Positions 10,936 to 21,261 of a DNA stretch of 53,570 bases are shown piece by piece. Made by a program: the position numbers and the translations under genes. The stretch lies in contig JAJZWM010000004.1 of NCBI GenBank assembly GCA_021846665.1, positions 1 through 53,570 of the forward strand, given 5' to 3'. The stretch comes from Nanobdellota archaeon. GTDB lineage: Archaea > Nanobdellota > Nanobdellia > Parvarchaeales > Parvarchaeaceae. The notes under the pieces were generated by a model. That model saw only the letters and a list, made by a program, of their open reading frames with translations. It was not told the origin of the DNA and did no database searches. Within the stretch, counting starts at the first letter, position 1; every line of letters begins with the position of its first letter.

Positions 10936-11439
10936 ATGGTTTATCGTAAACATATGGAAATAGACTCCGTTCCTGATGATGTAATCGAATGCCTGTTTGA
11001 TGCAATAAAAAAGGATAACAAACTTTATATTATCTTAAAAGATGATAGCAAGGACAATGAGGAAAGAATAGAAAAAGTATTTGGAAAGGATATAGAATTT
11101 TTAGATATGGTGGATATGATGCAAAAAAAGATGTTTTCACAGTTTATGGATGCAGTAAGTATTTTTGACAACGAGCCATTTTTTAATAAACTAGGGTTCA
11201 ATGAGATGACAGAAATATTTTATGATCTTACAAAACTTGATCAGAGCAAAAAGATGCTATTTAATTATGCACTTCTTGGAAGAAGAGGCAAAGAAGGGCT
11301 GTTACAGACATTAGGAGGGGGAAGACTAACTAAAAGTGCTATTTTCGTGCCTTCTGTACATGAGAAGGATGCAGAGGATTTTATAAATAAATGGAAAGTT
11401 GAATACTTCAAAAAGAAAGTATTCATTTTAGGAGGTTGA
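10936..11439 (+). CDS. Hypothetical protein with a C-terminal alpha/beta domain resembling those on DPANN nucleotidyltransferase-like proteins; true start may be 10954
   Basis: YDLTKLDQSKKMLFNYALLGR...GLLQTLGGGRLTKSAIFVP; first gene of the cdc48 transcription unit. Confidence 0.6.
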   Translation: MVYRKHMEIDSVPDDVIECLFDAIKKDNKLYIILKDDSKDNEERIEKVFGKDIEFLDMVDMMQKKMFSQFMDAVSIFDNEPFFNKLGFNEMTEIFYDLTKLDQSKKMLFNYALLGRRGKEGLLQTLGGGRLTKSAIFVPSVHEKDAEDFINKWKVEYFKKKVFILGG

Positions 11440-11443
11440 TAAA

Positions 11444-13735
11444 ATGGAAGATAATAGCAAAATGGAGATAAGTCTAAAGGTTGCAGAAGCACAACAGGAT
11501 GATATAGGACAGAACTCTGTAAGGATAGGAACTCCTTGGATGAAACAGATAGGTGTAAGGCCCGGAGATTTCGTTGAAATAGAAGGTAACAGAAAAACTG
11601 TTGCAAAGGTCGACAGAGCACATCCTGGTGATTTGGGTTTAAATATAATAAGAATGGATGGCACTACAAGAAAGAATGCAAAAGCAGCAATAGGGGAAAA
11701 TGTAATAGTTAGAAAAGCAGAGGTTTATGAAGCTGATGTAGTTAATCTTTCTCCTCTGTCTTCAATATCTATACGCGGGGCAGAAAACGTGATAGGTAGG
11801 TTACTTTTAGATAGGGCGATATCAAAAGGAGATATAATAACGCTTGGTAGCGGAGGTAGAAGCTCATTCGCTTCGTTTTTTGGAGATGATAATGACATAA
11901 TGCGTATATTTGAAAACACCGCTTTTCCATCTTTTCAGTTTGGTTTCTCAGAACTTCGTTTTCTAGTTACTTCAACTTCTCCTAAAGGATTTGTGGTAAT
12001 AACAGAAAACACGGATGTAAATATATCCCCCGAACCTGTCAAGCTTTCTGAAGAATCTAGGGTAAAGCATGTAAGCTATGAAGATGTAGGTGGGTTATCA
12101 GATGAAGTTTCAAAGATAAGAGAAATGGTAGAGATGCCATTAAAGCATCCCGAAATATTTATGAGGTTAGGTATAACTCCTCCAAGAGGCGTTTTGCTTT
12201 ACGGTCCACCAGGCACAGGAAAAACACTGCTTGCAAGGGCTGTAGCAGATGAAAGTGATGCTCATTTCATAACAATAAATGGACCAGAGGTTATGAGTAA
12301 ATGGGTAGGAGATGCTGAAAAGAAATTAAGAGAGATATTTGATGAAGCTGAAAAGAATGCACCCTCGATAATATTCATAGACGAAATAGATGCAATAGCT
12401 ACAAAAAGAGAAGAAAGCATAGGAGAAGTGGAACATAGAGTTGTTTCCCAGCTCCTTACCTTAATGGACGGTTTGAAAAGCAGAGGCAAAGTTATAGTCA
12501 TAGCTGCTACTAACCGGCCAAATGCAATAGATCCGGCATTACGTAGACCTGGAAGATTTGATAGAGAAATAATGTTTGGTGTGCCAAATGAAAAAGGAAG
12601 GCTGGAAATTTTGAATATACACACAAGAAATATGCCTCTGGATAAATCTGTTGATCTTGGCTATATCTCAAAAATAACTCACGGTTTTGTTGGTGCAGAT
12701 ATAGAATCACTGATAAAGGAAGCTGCTATGAATGTTATAAGAAGGAATATAAACGAATTGAATGTTAAAGAAGGAGAAAACATTCCGAAAACCGCTCTAG
12801 AAAAACTGATAGTTACAATGGATGATTTTAGGGAGGCATTAAGATTTGTAAGGCCTAGTGCAATGCGCGAAGTTTTAGTTGAAAGGCCTAGCGTTGGTTG
12901 GGATGATGTTGGAGGTTTGGACCAGGTAAAAGCTCAACTTAAAGAAGCAATAGAGTGGCCTTTAAAACACCCAGATTCATTTAGAAAGATAGGTATAACT
13001 CCTCCAAAAGGAATACTGCTTTACGGTCCACCAGGCACAGGAAAAACACTGCTTGCAAGGGCAGTAGCGCACGAAACCGAATCAAATTTCATTGCGATTA
13101 AAGGACCAGAGATATACAATAAGTATGTAGGGGAAAGTGAGAAAAGAATAAGAGAGATATTTGACAAAGCAAGGCAAGTTTCACCATCTATAATTTTTAT
13201 AGATGAACTTGATAGTATAGCTTCTTCAAGGTCAAACTATGAAGGAAACAATGCAACAGAACAAGTTGTTAATCAATTGCTTACGGAATTAGATGGTATA
13301 GAGCCACTTAAGAACGTAATTGTTATTGGTGCTACAAATAGAGTTGATAAGGTTGATTCAGCAATACTAAGAACAGGAAGATTTGACAATATAGTGTTTG
13401 TTCCGCCTCCCGATGAGGATGGTAGAAGAGAGATACTTAAAGTGTATATGAACAAAATGCCGATAGAAGGCGATAAGGAAGAACTAATTAATTTTCTTGT
13501 TAAAAAAACAGAAGGTTATGTCGGTTCTGATATAGAAAGACTTGCAAAGGAAGCAGGAATGAATGCGCTTAGGAGTAATATCTCTGCAAGCAATGTAACA
13601 AAAGAAGACTTTGAGAAGGCCCTTGATTTGGTAAGACCTAGCTTGACTCCGGAAGATGCAAAGAAGTACGAAGAGATGGCGAAGAAACTTTACAGTAAAA
13701 AAGAAAAGGCGAAGGAGCTCAATTACTTCGGTTGA
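11444..13735 (+). CDS. cdc48: Cdc48/VCP/VAT-family double AAA+ ATPase
   Basis: N domain plus two AAA modules (GPPGTGKT x2, [25 protein letters not shown]); GGAGG SD; C-terminal YFG. Confidence 0.97.
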   Translation: MEDNSKMEISLKVAEAQQDDIGQNSVRIGTPWMKQIGVRPGDFVEIEGNRKTVAKVDRAHPGDLGLNIIRMDGTTRKNAKAAIGENVIVRKAEVYEADVVNLSPLSSISIRGAENVIGRLLLDRAISKGDIITLGSGGRSSFASFFGDDNDIMRIFENTAFPSFQFGFSELRFLVTSTSPKGFVVITENTDVNISPEPVKLSEESRVKHVSYEDVGGLSDEVSKIREMVEMPLKHPEIFMRLGITPPRGVLLYGPPGTGKTLLARAVADESDAHFITINGPEVMSKWVGDAEKKLREIFDEAEKNAPSIIFIDEIDAIATKREESIGEVEHRVVSQLLTLMDGLKSRGKVIVIAATNRPNAIDPALRRPGRFDREIMFGVPNEKGRLEILNIHTRNMPLDKSVDLGYISKITHGFVGADIESLIKEAAMNVIRRNINELNVKEGENIPKTALEKLIVTMDDFREALRFVRPSAMREVLVERPSVGWDDVGGLDQVKAQLKEAIEWPLKHPDSFRKIGITPPKGILLYGPPGTGKTLLARAVAHETESNFIAIKGPEIYNKYVGESEKRIREIFDKARQVSPSIIFIDELDSIASSRSNYEGNNATEQVVNQLLTELDGIEPLKNVIVIGATNRVDKVDSAILRTGRFDNIVFVPPPDEDGRREILKVYMNKMPIEGDKEELINFLVKKTEGYVGSDIERLAKEAGMNALRSNISASNVTKEDFEKALDLVRPSLTPEDAKKYEEMAKKLYSKKEKAKELNYFG
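12195..13062 (+). repeat. 46-bp perfect direct repeat (12195-12240 and 13017-13062) covering the two Walker A regions of cdc48
   Basis: TGCTTTACGGTCCACCAGGCACAGGAAAAACACTGCTTGCAAGGGC occurs twice; a further 18-bp identity TAGGTATAACTCCTCCAA lies at 12168 and 12990. Confidence 0.9.
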
Positions 13736-13736
13736 A

Positions 13737-14399
13737 ATGGATCATGAAGAAATATACAAGCTTATATTGAATGATGAGCTTGGTTGGGAGCACCTTATAA
13801 CTACAATAATAAGGGATGAAGGCATGGACCCCATGGACATAGACCTTATTAAAATAGCTGATAGATTTGCTGCGTTAATTTCTAAAATAAATCAGATAGA
13901 TTTTAGGTTCGGAGGTAAATTTGTTTATACCGCCGCTATACTTCTTAAGATGAAATCTGACACAGTTGTAGATGAAATGCTTGAGCTTAACATAAAAAAG
14001 GAGAGAGAAAGCCAACAGAGGTATATAAAGGCAATCCCTTTTGATATAACAGTTACTTCAAAACTTCCAATTTTCAGGAGTAGAAAGATAACTCTTACTG
14101 AACTTATAAACACGATAAGAGAAGCTATGCGATATAATACAAAGCAGAAAATAAACTTTGAATTAAAGTTAAAGGAAGTTAAAATAGAAGATAGGATAAG
14201 ATCGCTGCTTGAAAAATTAGGTAAACTCTTTGGCATAAAAGAAACGGTTCTTTTCTCCGAATTGGTGCAAAAAAAGGATGACAGGAAAGAAATAATTTAT
14301 ACATTGCTGCCACTTTTGTTCATATCAAATATGAATAAAGTAGAGATTTCGCAGAGTGAACCTTTCGAGGAAATATACATAAAAAGTAGAGTAAAGTGA
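13737..14399 (+). CDS. scpA: Kleisin ScpA; start corrected to the ATG at 13737
   Basis: MDPMDIDLIKIADRF, AAILLKMKS, C-terminal winged helix LLPLLFI...ISQSEPFEEIYI. Confidence 0.92.
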   Translation: MDHEEIYKLILNDELGWEHLITTIIRDEGMDPMDIDLIKIADRFAALISKINQIDFRFGGKFVYTAAILLKMKSDTVVDEMLELNIKKERESQQRYIKAIPFDITVTSKLPIFRSRKITLTELINTIREAMRYNTKQKINFELKLKEVKIEDRIRSLLEKLGKLFGIKETVLFSELVQKKDDRKEIIYTLLPLLFISNMNKVEISQSEPFEEIYIKSRVK

Positions 14400-14451
14400 A
14401 ATGAACTTTTAAAATCAATAAATGCGATTATATGCTTTATATCTTAGTGAT

Positions 14452-14985
14452 ATGGTAAAGATAAACGAATATGTTGAAGCGTTAATATTCTCTTTTGGGG
14501 ATGGTATAAGTCTGGAAGAGATAGTAAAAAGAACCAAATTAGATCCAATAGTGGTAAAAAAAGCAGTCAATGATCTTAATAAAATATATTCTGAAAGAAA
14601 GAGTGCCTTTTACATATTGACAGAGGGCAATTTATACAGAATGAGACTAAGAAGCGATCTTCTTTATCTAGCGCAAGATAACCTTAGGACAGATATGAGT
14701 AGAGGGGTTTTAATGACATTGAGCTTGATAGTCTTAAATGGAAAAATAAAACAGACAGATCTAGTTAAAAAGCGTGGCAGTATCTCATACCAGCATGTTA
14801 AGGAACTGCAGTCCAGAGGATTGGTATCAACCGCAGTGGAAGACGGGAAAAAAGTAATAAAAATCACTCCATCCTTCTATGATTACTTTGACGTTGATAA
14901 AAAAGAATTCAAGGAAATAAAGGAAACAATAAAAGAAGAAATAAATAAGGAAGATAATAAAACCGTAGAATACAAGGGAAATTAA
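14452..14985 (+). CDS. scpB: ScpB (kite subunit of SMC-ScpAB); likely start 14452
   Basis: VEALIFS, TLSLI, KRG...HVKEL...GLV, TPSFYDYF. Confidence 0.9.
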   Translation: MVKINEYVEALIFSFGDGISLEEIVKRTKLDPIVVKKAVNDLNKIYSERKSAFYILTEGNLYRMRLRSDLLYLAQDNLRTDMSRGVLMTLSLIVLNGKIKQTDLVKKRGSISYQHVKELQSRGLVSTAVEDGKKVIKITPSFYDYFDVDKKEFKEIKETIKEEINKEDNKTVEYKGN

Positions 14986-15527
14986 AATACAACCACTTTT
15001 CTGGGTATATTTATCTGTGGTTTGTTCTCTTTTACTTCATTTTCAGGTTTTTTCTGTTCTTCATTTACTGGCTTAGCAGCAGGTTTTTGAATATCTGTGG
15101 ACTTAACTTTTTCTATTGCGGATTTTATAGCGTTTTCTACAGCAGTAAAGTCGCTTTCATCCATTTTCTGTGGCTGCCAGACGTGATTTATAGTATCATC
15201 ATTATATCTTGGTATCAGGTGTATAAGCGCATGTGGTGTTACGCTGCCTTTCGTTAGTTCCTTCGTATAAAGCATTTCTACGTTGTTGGGAGCAAGTGAT
15301 AATAATATTGCATAACCAACAGCTCTTGCTACACTCATATACTGCAAAAACTCCTCTTGTGGTATTTCGTATATATTATTATAGTGTTTTTTTGGAATCA
15401 TTATTACATGGCCCTTTGAAGCAGGATTAATATCTAAAACTCCGATTAGCATTTCATCCTCATAAACCTCTTTAGCAGGTATCTTTTTGCTTGCAATCAT
15501 ACAGAATATGCATTTTTCTTCTTCCAC
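14982..15527 (-). CDS. HIT-family protein with degenerate triad (H-A-L-I-H)
   Basis: CIFC, LDINPASKGHV.MIPKKH, PHALIHLIPR; GTG start. Confidence 0.85.
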   Translation of the reverse strand: MEEEKCIFCMIASKKIPAKEVYEDEMLIGVLDINPASKGHVIMIPKKHYNNIYEIPQEEFLQYMSVARAVGYAILLSLAPNNVEMLYTKELTKGSVTPHALIHLIPRYNDDTINHVWQPQKMDESDFTAVENAIKSAIEKVKSTDIQKPAAKPVNEEQKKPENEVKENKPQINIPRKVVVF

Positions 15528-15621
15528 TTCTTTACTAAGCTTTTTAAGTATTTATTATTAAGTGATATTTATTGTTTCTTTGATAAAAAAAGCTTTTAAA
15601 TGACAAAAACTTAAACGTTTT

Positions 15622-15882
15622 ATGAAAGCAAAAAGCAGTTTAAAGTTTGTCGACGAGGAGAAAAGAGCGGTGGATGCAGCTATAGGACTGATCTTATTTG
15701 GATTGGGATTGGTTCTTATAGTTTTTGGCTTAACATCTATCATCTCATCAGCGGTTCTTAGCGGATATTTCTATAAGACCGTTACAACTCCTCCATCAGC
15801 TTACATATACCCATTATTTGAGGTTATACTTGGAATAATAGTATTCTCATTTTCAATGTGGGTATTTAGGGCGAAAATATAA
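15622..15882 (+). CDS. Small two-TM membrane protein
   Basis: Two hydrophobic segments; AAAAGCTTTTAAA TATA-like element about 25 nt upstream. Confidence 0.7.
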   Translation: MKAKSSLKFVDEEKRAVDAAIGLILFGLGLVLIVFGLTSIISSAVLSGYFYKTVTTPPSAYIYPLFEVILGIIVFSFSMWVFRAKI

Positions 15883-15979
15883 AGATTACTTAACTTTTTT
15901 TATTTTTTACTTTTATTTTTGGTGAAAAAGAAAGATTTATATACTTTATTATTACTAAGTATTGTGTAGGTGATTAATT

Positions 15980-16777
15980 ATGGCATTGTCGTTCAGTGAA
16001 GATTATATAGCTAAGATAAGAAGGATGTTCGGGCTAAATTTATATGAGGCAAAGATATGGCTTGCTTTGCTTTCTCAAGGTAAATCAACATCGGGTAAAC
16101 TAAGTGAAATAGCTAACATACCGAAATCTAGAGCTTATGATATCCTAGTTTCACTGGAAAATGGCGGTTTTATAGTAAGAGATCTGAGTAAACCGATAAG
16201 TTATAGAGCGATTCCTCCACAGGAGTTGATAGAAAAATTAGAAGAAAAAGCGAAAGAAGCATTGGATCAGAAGTTAGAAAAACTAAGTAAATTAAAAGAC
16301 AGTACAATGCTGAACGACCTTCAAAATCTTTATAATAAAGGGATAAAGTACATAGATGAAGGAAAGGTTGCTAATTCCTATCAAGGATTGGACAACATAT
16401 ATTTTAGAATAAAGAAAAGTATAGGTTCGGCCAAGGGCGAAATAGTGCTGATTACTACTGAGCAGTCACTGGAAAAGAAGATAAGTGCACTTGGAAGAGC
16501 GCTTAAAAAAGCTAAAGCCAATAATGTAACTGTTCATATTTATGCACCAGTGAAAGACGTTAATGAAGCACTGATGAATGAAATAAAGCAGTTCGGAAAG
16601 CTTAATAAGACAGATATAGACATAGGTAGATTTGTTATAGTAGATGAAAATGAGATATTTATATTCACTGAGAATGAGAATGAGACTCATCCTAGCAACG
16701 AAGTAGTGCTTCATATAAAGGGAAAATATCTGCCTGAGAAGATCAAAAAACTAGTATCATCGCATGTTGTGGCCTGA
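15980..16777 (+). CDS. TrmB-family transcriptional regulator
   Basis: FGLNLYEAKIWLALL, IPKSRAYDILVSLE..GF; C-terminal PLD-like effector domain; AGGTGA SD. Confidence 0.92.
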   Translation: MALSFSEDYIAKIRRMFGLNLYEAKIWLALLSQGKSTSGKLSEIANIPKSRAYDILVSLENGGFIVRDLSKPISYRAIPPQELIEKLEEKAKEALDQKLEKLSKLKDSTMLNDLQNLYNKGIKYIDEGKVANSYQGLDNIYFRIKKSIGSAKGEIVLITTEQSLEKKISALGRALKKAKANNVTVHIYAPVKDVNEALMNEIKQFGKLNKTDIDIGRFVIVDENEIFIFTENENETHPSNEVVLHIKGKYLPEKIKKLVSSHVVA

Positions 16778-16838
16778 TTCTATAAGCGCAAAGAAATAGT
16801 TAGCATTTAATATTAAAAATTTTTTTAGATAATTAAAT

Positions 16839-19800
16839 ATGACTTATATAAAGCAGGTAGAACTTGATAATTTCAAATCCTTTGCAGGACATGTCAAGTT
16901 TGATTTTGTAAATGGTTTTAATGCTATAGCCGGTGCTAATGGTTCTGGAAAAAGCAACATAATTGATGCGCTTCTTTTTGTTTTTGGTGGTTCGTCAAAG
17001 AAAGAGATGCGTTCTGATTTGCTTACTGATCTAATATTTAATGGAGGTAAGAACGGAAGGCAGGCAGAGCATGCAAAAGTCAATGTCATCCTTGACAATT
17101 CAAAGAAAGAGTTTCATGGGATAGAAGAGAATGAAGTTTCAATCAGCAGAAAAGTAGATAAGAACGGAAAGAGCATTTACAGAATAAATGGAAAAGCATC
17201 TACTAGAGAAGAGGTTTTAAATGTTCTTGCGCTTGTAAAATTTAGACAAGATGGATTTAATATAATTCCTCAGGGAAGGATACTTGAAGTTGTAGGCGCA
17301 TCCAATGAAGATAGGCTTAGTCTAATAAACGACATCTCTGGGATAAGCGTATTTGAAGATAAAAAAAGTAAAGCAATGAATGAGATGAAAAAAGTAGAAG
17401 ATAATATATCAAAAATAGAGACTGTTCTTAGAGAAAAACAGAAATTGATGTCTCAACTTGAAAAAGAAAAGACAAGAGCAATGGAATTTCAGGAACTTAA
17501 GAATAGATACGCTTCTCTACTTTCAAAACAATCGACAATTAAAAGAGATGCAGCAGATTCGGAGCTAAAAGCAATATTAGAAAAACTTAAGGAAACAGAG
17601 AAGGGAAACGAGGAACTTTCTGCAGAGTTATCAAAATTGAATGAAAAATTAAAAGAGATAAATGAAGAAGTAGAATCTATAAACACAAAAGCAGAAGCCG
17701 AAGGCGAAAAGGAGATATCAGACGCAGAAAATAAAGCAAAAGAATTTGATTCTGAGCTTGCAAGGCTTAGTGCCGTGCTTAAGAATGACAATGAACAGCT
17801 TAACAATATTATATCATCAATAGAAGAACTTTCAAAGTCACAGGACGAAATAAAAAAGCAGATAAAGGAAGAAGAAGAGGAGAAAAAGAAACTTGAGGAA
17901 AGAATTACTGTTTTGAATTCTAAAAAACTTTCTTTGATTGAAAGCGAATCTAAGACACAGAATTACCTTAAAACAAAGGAATCACTCGAGAAAAAGATAT
18001 ATGACATAGACAAAAAAATATACGAGCAGAAGGTTACTCTTGCAAACTATCCTAAAGTTGCAGAGATCCAGGAAGAGCTTACAGAATTAGATTCAACTAA
18101 GAATGAACTTGAAAAAATGATAAAAGATATGACTCTATCTTTTTCCTCATTAAAGCCGGAAATTGATAAGTTGAAAATTCAGACTAAAAGAGAAGCCGAT
18201 TCAATATATTTATTAAGGGAGAACTTGCTTAATCAGAGGAATTCTTTATCCTCACAGAATAGGGAAATAGACGTAGTAAATAGGCTAAAAAAGGATATAA
18301 AAGGGATATATGGTTTAGTATCTGAACTTTTCTCCCTGAAAAATGAGGAGTATTCTATTCCTGTTCTAAGGTCAATAGGAAGAAGAGGGGGTTTTATAAT
18401 CGTTGAAAATGAAGAGACAGCAAGACAGTGCATAGACAAGCTTAAAAATGAAAAACTCGGCTTTTACACATTCATACCTCTAACGACTGTTAAAAGCAAC
18501 TATAGCTTTGACAAGTTGAATGATCCGCGTATAATCGATTATATAATAAATCTTGTTAATTTCACTGAAAATCTTGCACCAGCAATGAAATTTGTTTTTG
18601 GTGATACAGTTTTGGTAAATGACTTTGACTCTGCAAAGGGACTTATACATCAATATAGAATGGTACTGCCAGATGGTACTGTATTTGAAAAAACAGGAAC
18701 AGTTTCCGGTGGCCATTTTGATATACCAAATATACTTAATGTTAATAAGAAGATCGCTGAAATAAATGTTGAAATGACTGAACATTCTAAACTTAAGGAA
18801 AAGTATGATGAAGAAATAATAGAGAAGGAATCTACTTTGAACTCTCTTATGACTGATATAAAAGTTAGGCAGAAGACTCTCACTGAAACAAATGGCAAAA
18901 TATCAAAGCTTCTACAGGAAAAATCAAAATTCACTGGAACTGAATCGGATATATCAGAAAGTATAAGGTTGCTTGAAAATGAAAATTTGAATTTAAAATC
19001 AAAATTAGAGGATTTGGAGAAGAATAAACCTGATATAGTAGATCATAAAAAAGAGATAGAAGCTATCGAAAGGGAAGTTAGTGATCTGCAAGTTAAAGTT
19101 GCTACATCTGGAAATAAACTTTCGGCGGTTCTAATGTCAGAGATAAATAATCTAGAAAGGAGGTTTTCACAGCTCAATAAAGAAAGGGAAAGATTTGAAA
19201 AAGAAATAGAAGACGTGGAGAACGCTATAAAGGACACGCAGGAGAATTACGACAAAGCCAGAAAAGAGCTTTCAAATAAGTCAAATAATTTAAACATGCT
19301 GAGAAAAAGAAGAAACGAGCTTTTGAATGAGCTTAGTAAACTACAGAAACAGAGGGAAGATATCTACAGTAACTCTAAGAAAGTAGCAGAAGAAATAAAC
19401 GTATTAAAGGTTAAGGAAGCAGGACTTAGAGTAAAATTCGAAACAGCTGATGAAGAGTATAAAAAATACAGAATAGAAGGTGTAAATGTAGAAGAAGGAG
19501 AGACTCTGGATAAACTAACTAAGGAAATTAATTCTCTTAATTCTAAGATAAATTCATTTGGTCCTATAAACGAACTTGCACTTAAGACTTTTATGGAAAC
19601 ACAAAAACAATACGAGGAATTCAATGTTAAACTTGAAAAATTGAACGATGAAAAAAGTAGGATATTGTCTGTAATATCAGAGATAGAACAGAAGAAACTT
19701 GAATCTTTTATGAAAACGTTATCAGATATAAATTCTATTTTTACAAAGGTTTTCAACTCAATAACAAAAGGAAAGGCAGAGCTAGTCCCAGAGGATCCAA

Positions 19801-20162
19801 ATGACGTTTTTTCGTCAGGATTAGATATCGCTGTAGAGCTTCCAAATAAAAGAGTTAGAAATATAAGAGGATTAAGTGGGGGCGAGCTTTCAGTTCTAGC
19901 TATTTCATTGATAATGGCTCTATCGAAATATACTGATGCCGTTTTCTATGTTTTAGATGAAGTAGATGCAGCTTTGGATGCAATAAATGCAGGTAACTTT
20001 TCAGCGCTCGTTAAAGCTTATTCAGTATCCTCTCAATTCATAATAATATCCCACAATGAAACAACTCTTATAAATGCAGATGTAATATATGGAGTTACTA
20101 TGAGCGATGAAGGTATAAGTAGGGTTGTTAGTGTAAAGATGCCTGAACAGAAAGCTCAATGA
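16839..20162 (+). CDS. smc: Chromosome segregation protein SMC
   Basis: NFKSF, GANGSGKSN, coiled coils, hinge GTVFEKTGTVSGG, LSGGE, LDEVDAALD, IISH. Confidence 0.97.
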   Translation: MTYIKQVELDNFKSFAGHVKFDFVNGFNAIAGANGSGKSNIIDALLFVFGGSSKKEMRSDLLTDLIFNGGKNGRQAEHAKVNVILDNSKKEFHGIEENEVSISRKVDKNGKSIYRINGKASTREEVLNVLALVKFRQDGFNIIPQGRILEVVGASNEDRLSLINDISGISVFEDKKSKAMNEMKKVEDNISKIETVLREKQKLMSQLEKEKTRAMEFQELKNRYASLLSKQSTIKRDAADSELKAILEKLKETEKGNEELSAELSKLNEKLKEINEEVESINTKAEAEGEKEISDAENKAKEFDSELARLSAVLKNDNEQLNNIISSIEELSKSQDEIKKQIKEEEEEKKKLEERITVLNSKKLSLIESESKTQNYLKTKESLEKKIYDIDKKIYEQKVTLANYPKVAEIQEELTELDSTKNELEKMIKDMTLSFSSLKPEIDKLKIQTKREADSIYLLRENLLNQRNSLSSQNREIDVVNRLKKDIKGIYGLVSELFSLKNEEYSIPVLRSIGRRGGFIIVENEETARQCIDKLKNEKLGFYTFIPLTTVKSNYSFDKLNDPRIIDYIINLVNFTENLAPAMKFVFGDTVLVNDFDSAKGLIHQYRMVLPDGTVFEKTGTVSGGHFDIPNILNVNKKIAEINVEMTEHSKLKEKYDEEIIEKESTLNSLMTDIKVRQKTLTETNGKISKLLQEKSKFTGTESDISESIRLLENENLNLKSKLEDLEKNKPDIVDHKKEIEAIEREVSDLQVKVATSGNKLSAVLMSEINNLERRFSQLNKERERFEKEIEDVENAIKDTQENYDKARKELSNKSNNLNMLRKRRNELLNELSKLQKQREDIYSNSKKVAEEINVLKVKEAGLRVKFETADEEYKKYRIEGVNVEEGETLDKLTKEINSLNSKINSFGPINELALKTFMETQKQYEEFNVKLEKLNDEKSRILSVISEIEQKKLESFMKTLSDINSIFTKVFNSITKGKAELVPEDPNDVFSSGLDIAVELPNKRVRNIRGLSGGELSVLAISLIMALSKYTDAVFYVLDEVDAALDAINAGNFSALVKAYSVSSQFIIISHNETTLINADVIYGVTMSDEGISRVVSVKMPEQKAQ

Positions 20163-20947
20163 TTAAACTGTTTTATTACTTCATTTATTTCATCTAAAGT
20201 TAATTCGTTTACTTGCTTGTTACCAATCGATTTTATATTATTTGGTAATCCCTGAAATTCTTGCTTACTCTCTCTTTTTGTTTTATGTTCAAGTGCGATA
20301 CTCCCAGTTATAAAAGCGTTTTTCAATAGCATCTCTTTTCTTCTAAATATCTCCTGTAAAATATCATTTTGTTTTTTTATTATTTTTATCATTTTGCTAG
20401 TAATTCTTGGAACTGGATAGAACGCTTCTTTTTTTACCTCACCAATTTCTTCAAATTTAAAAAATATCTTCTGTATCTCAGAGAACCTAGTCTTGCTTTC
20501 TTTTGATAAAAGTTGTTGAGATATAGTATTTGGGAGTATCATTACACCTAATTCAAAATCATAGAATGAAAGTTTTTCAATTATTCGATCTGAAATGTTA
20601 TACGGAGGATTTGATAGTATCTTGTTAAACTTGGGATATATCATATCCAATGCATCTGAGTTTATTATCTGTACATTCTGGTCTATTTCATATTTATCAA
20701 TTAAATAAGAATAACATTTTATCTCCTTTTCTATTGCTATTATTTTGCATTTTTTGCTTACTAAGTTTTCTATACTTCCGAATCCAGCACCTATATCTAA
20801 AACTATATCGGAGGATTTTAATTCACATTTTTCTATTTCTTCTCTTAAAACTTCCTCATCTATAAGAAAATTCTGTCCATTCTCATTGCCGCTTTTTATT
20901 TTATAATCATCAACTAGTTTAATTATTGTGTCCTTTAATTGGGCCAT
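20156..20947 (-). CDS. ksgA: 16S rRNA adenine dimethyltransferase KsgA/Dim1
   Basis: GQNFLID, VLDIGAGFG, NPPY, AFYPVP. Confidence 0.92.
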   Translation of the reverse strand: MAQLKDTIIKLVDDYKIKSGNENGQNFLIDEEVLREEIEKCELKSSDIVLDIGAGFGSIENLVSKKCKIIAIEKEIKCYSYLIDKYEIDQNVQIINSDALDMIYPKFNKILSNPPYNISDRIIEKLSFYDFELGVMILPNTISQQLLSKESKTRFSEIQKIFFKFEEIGEVKKEAFYPVPRITSKMIKIIKKQNDILQEIFRRKEMLLKNAFITGSIALEHKTKRESKQEFQGLPNNIKSIGNKQVNELTLDEINEVIKQFNH

Positions 20948-20948
20948 A

Positions 20949-21227
20949 TTACTTTGATCTCGCGCGTGGCGGCTTTAATCTTTCTACCGAATAAACTTGC
21001 CCACATTTACTACAGTTAAAGACATATTTTTCCTTTGCCTTTCCATTCTCTTTTACTTTTTCAGTTTTTAATTCTGATTCAAAATCATTTTCTTTCCCAC
21101 ATTTTGGACATTTAAATACAAAATGAAAATTATTCTCACCAATTTCTCTGTATATCAAAAGTTTTTCAGTTTTGTCTTCAAAGTTTATAAAAGATTTTTT
21201 TATAAAATTTATTTTATTTATATCCAT
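20949..21227 (-). CDS. Small zinc-ribbon protein
   Basis: CPKC...CSKC pairs; coupled to ksgA. Confidence 0.75.
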   Translation of the reverse strand: MDINKINFIKKSFINFEDKTEKLLIYREIGENNFHFVFKCPKCGKENDFESELKTEKVKENGKAKEKYVFNCSKCGQVYSVERLKPPRARSK

Positions 21228-21261
21228 AAGAGAAAAAGTTTTTGCTATTTTATATACGTTT

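Noticed and set aside
13720-13735. Cdc48 C-terminal YFG as a novel motif
   Set aside because: Within the known range of HbYX-like proteasome-docking tails
13656-13736. Longer ScpA start in the ORF track
   Set aside because: Overlaps the cdc48 3' end; the ATG at 13737, 1 nt after the cdc48 stop, fits better
16839-20162. SMC/ScpAB as a Wadjet (Jet/Mks) defence system
   Set aside because: Canonical SMC hinge and head, housekeeping context and no JetD/Toprim nuclease
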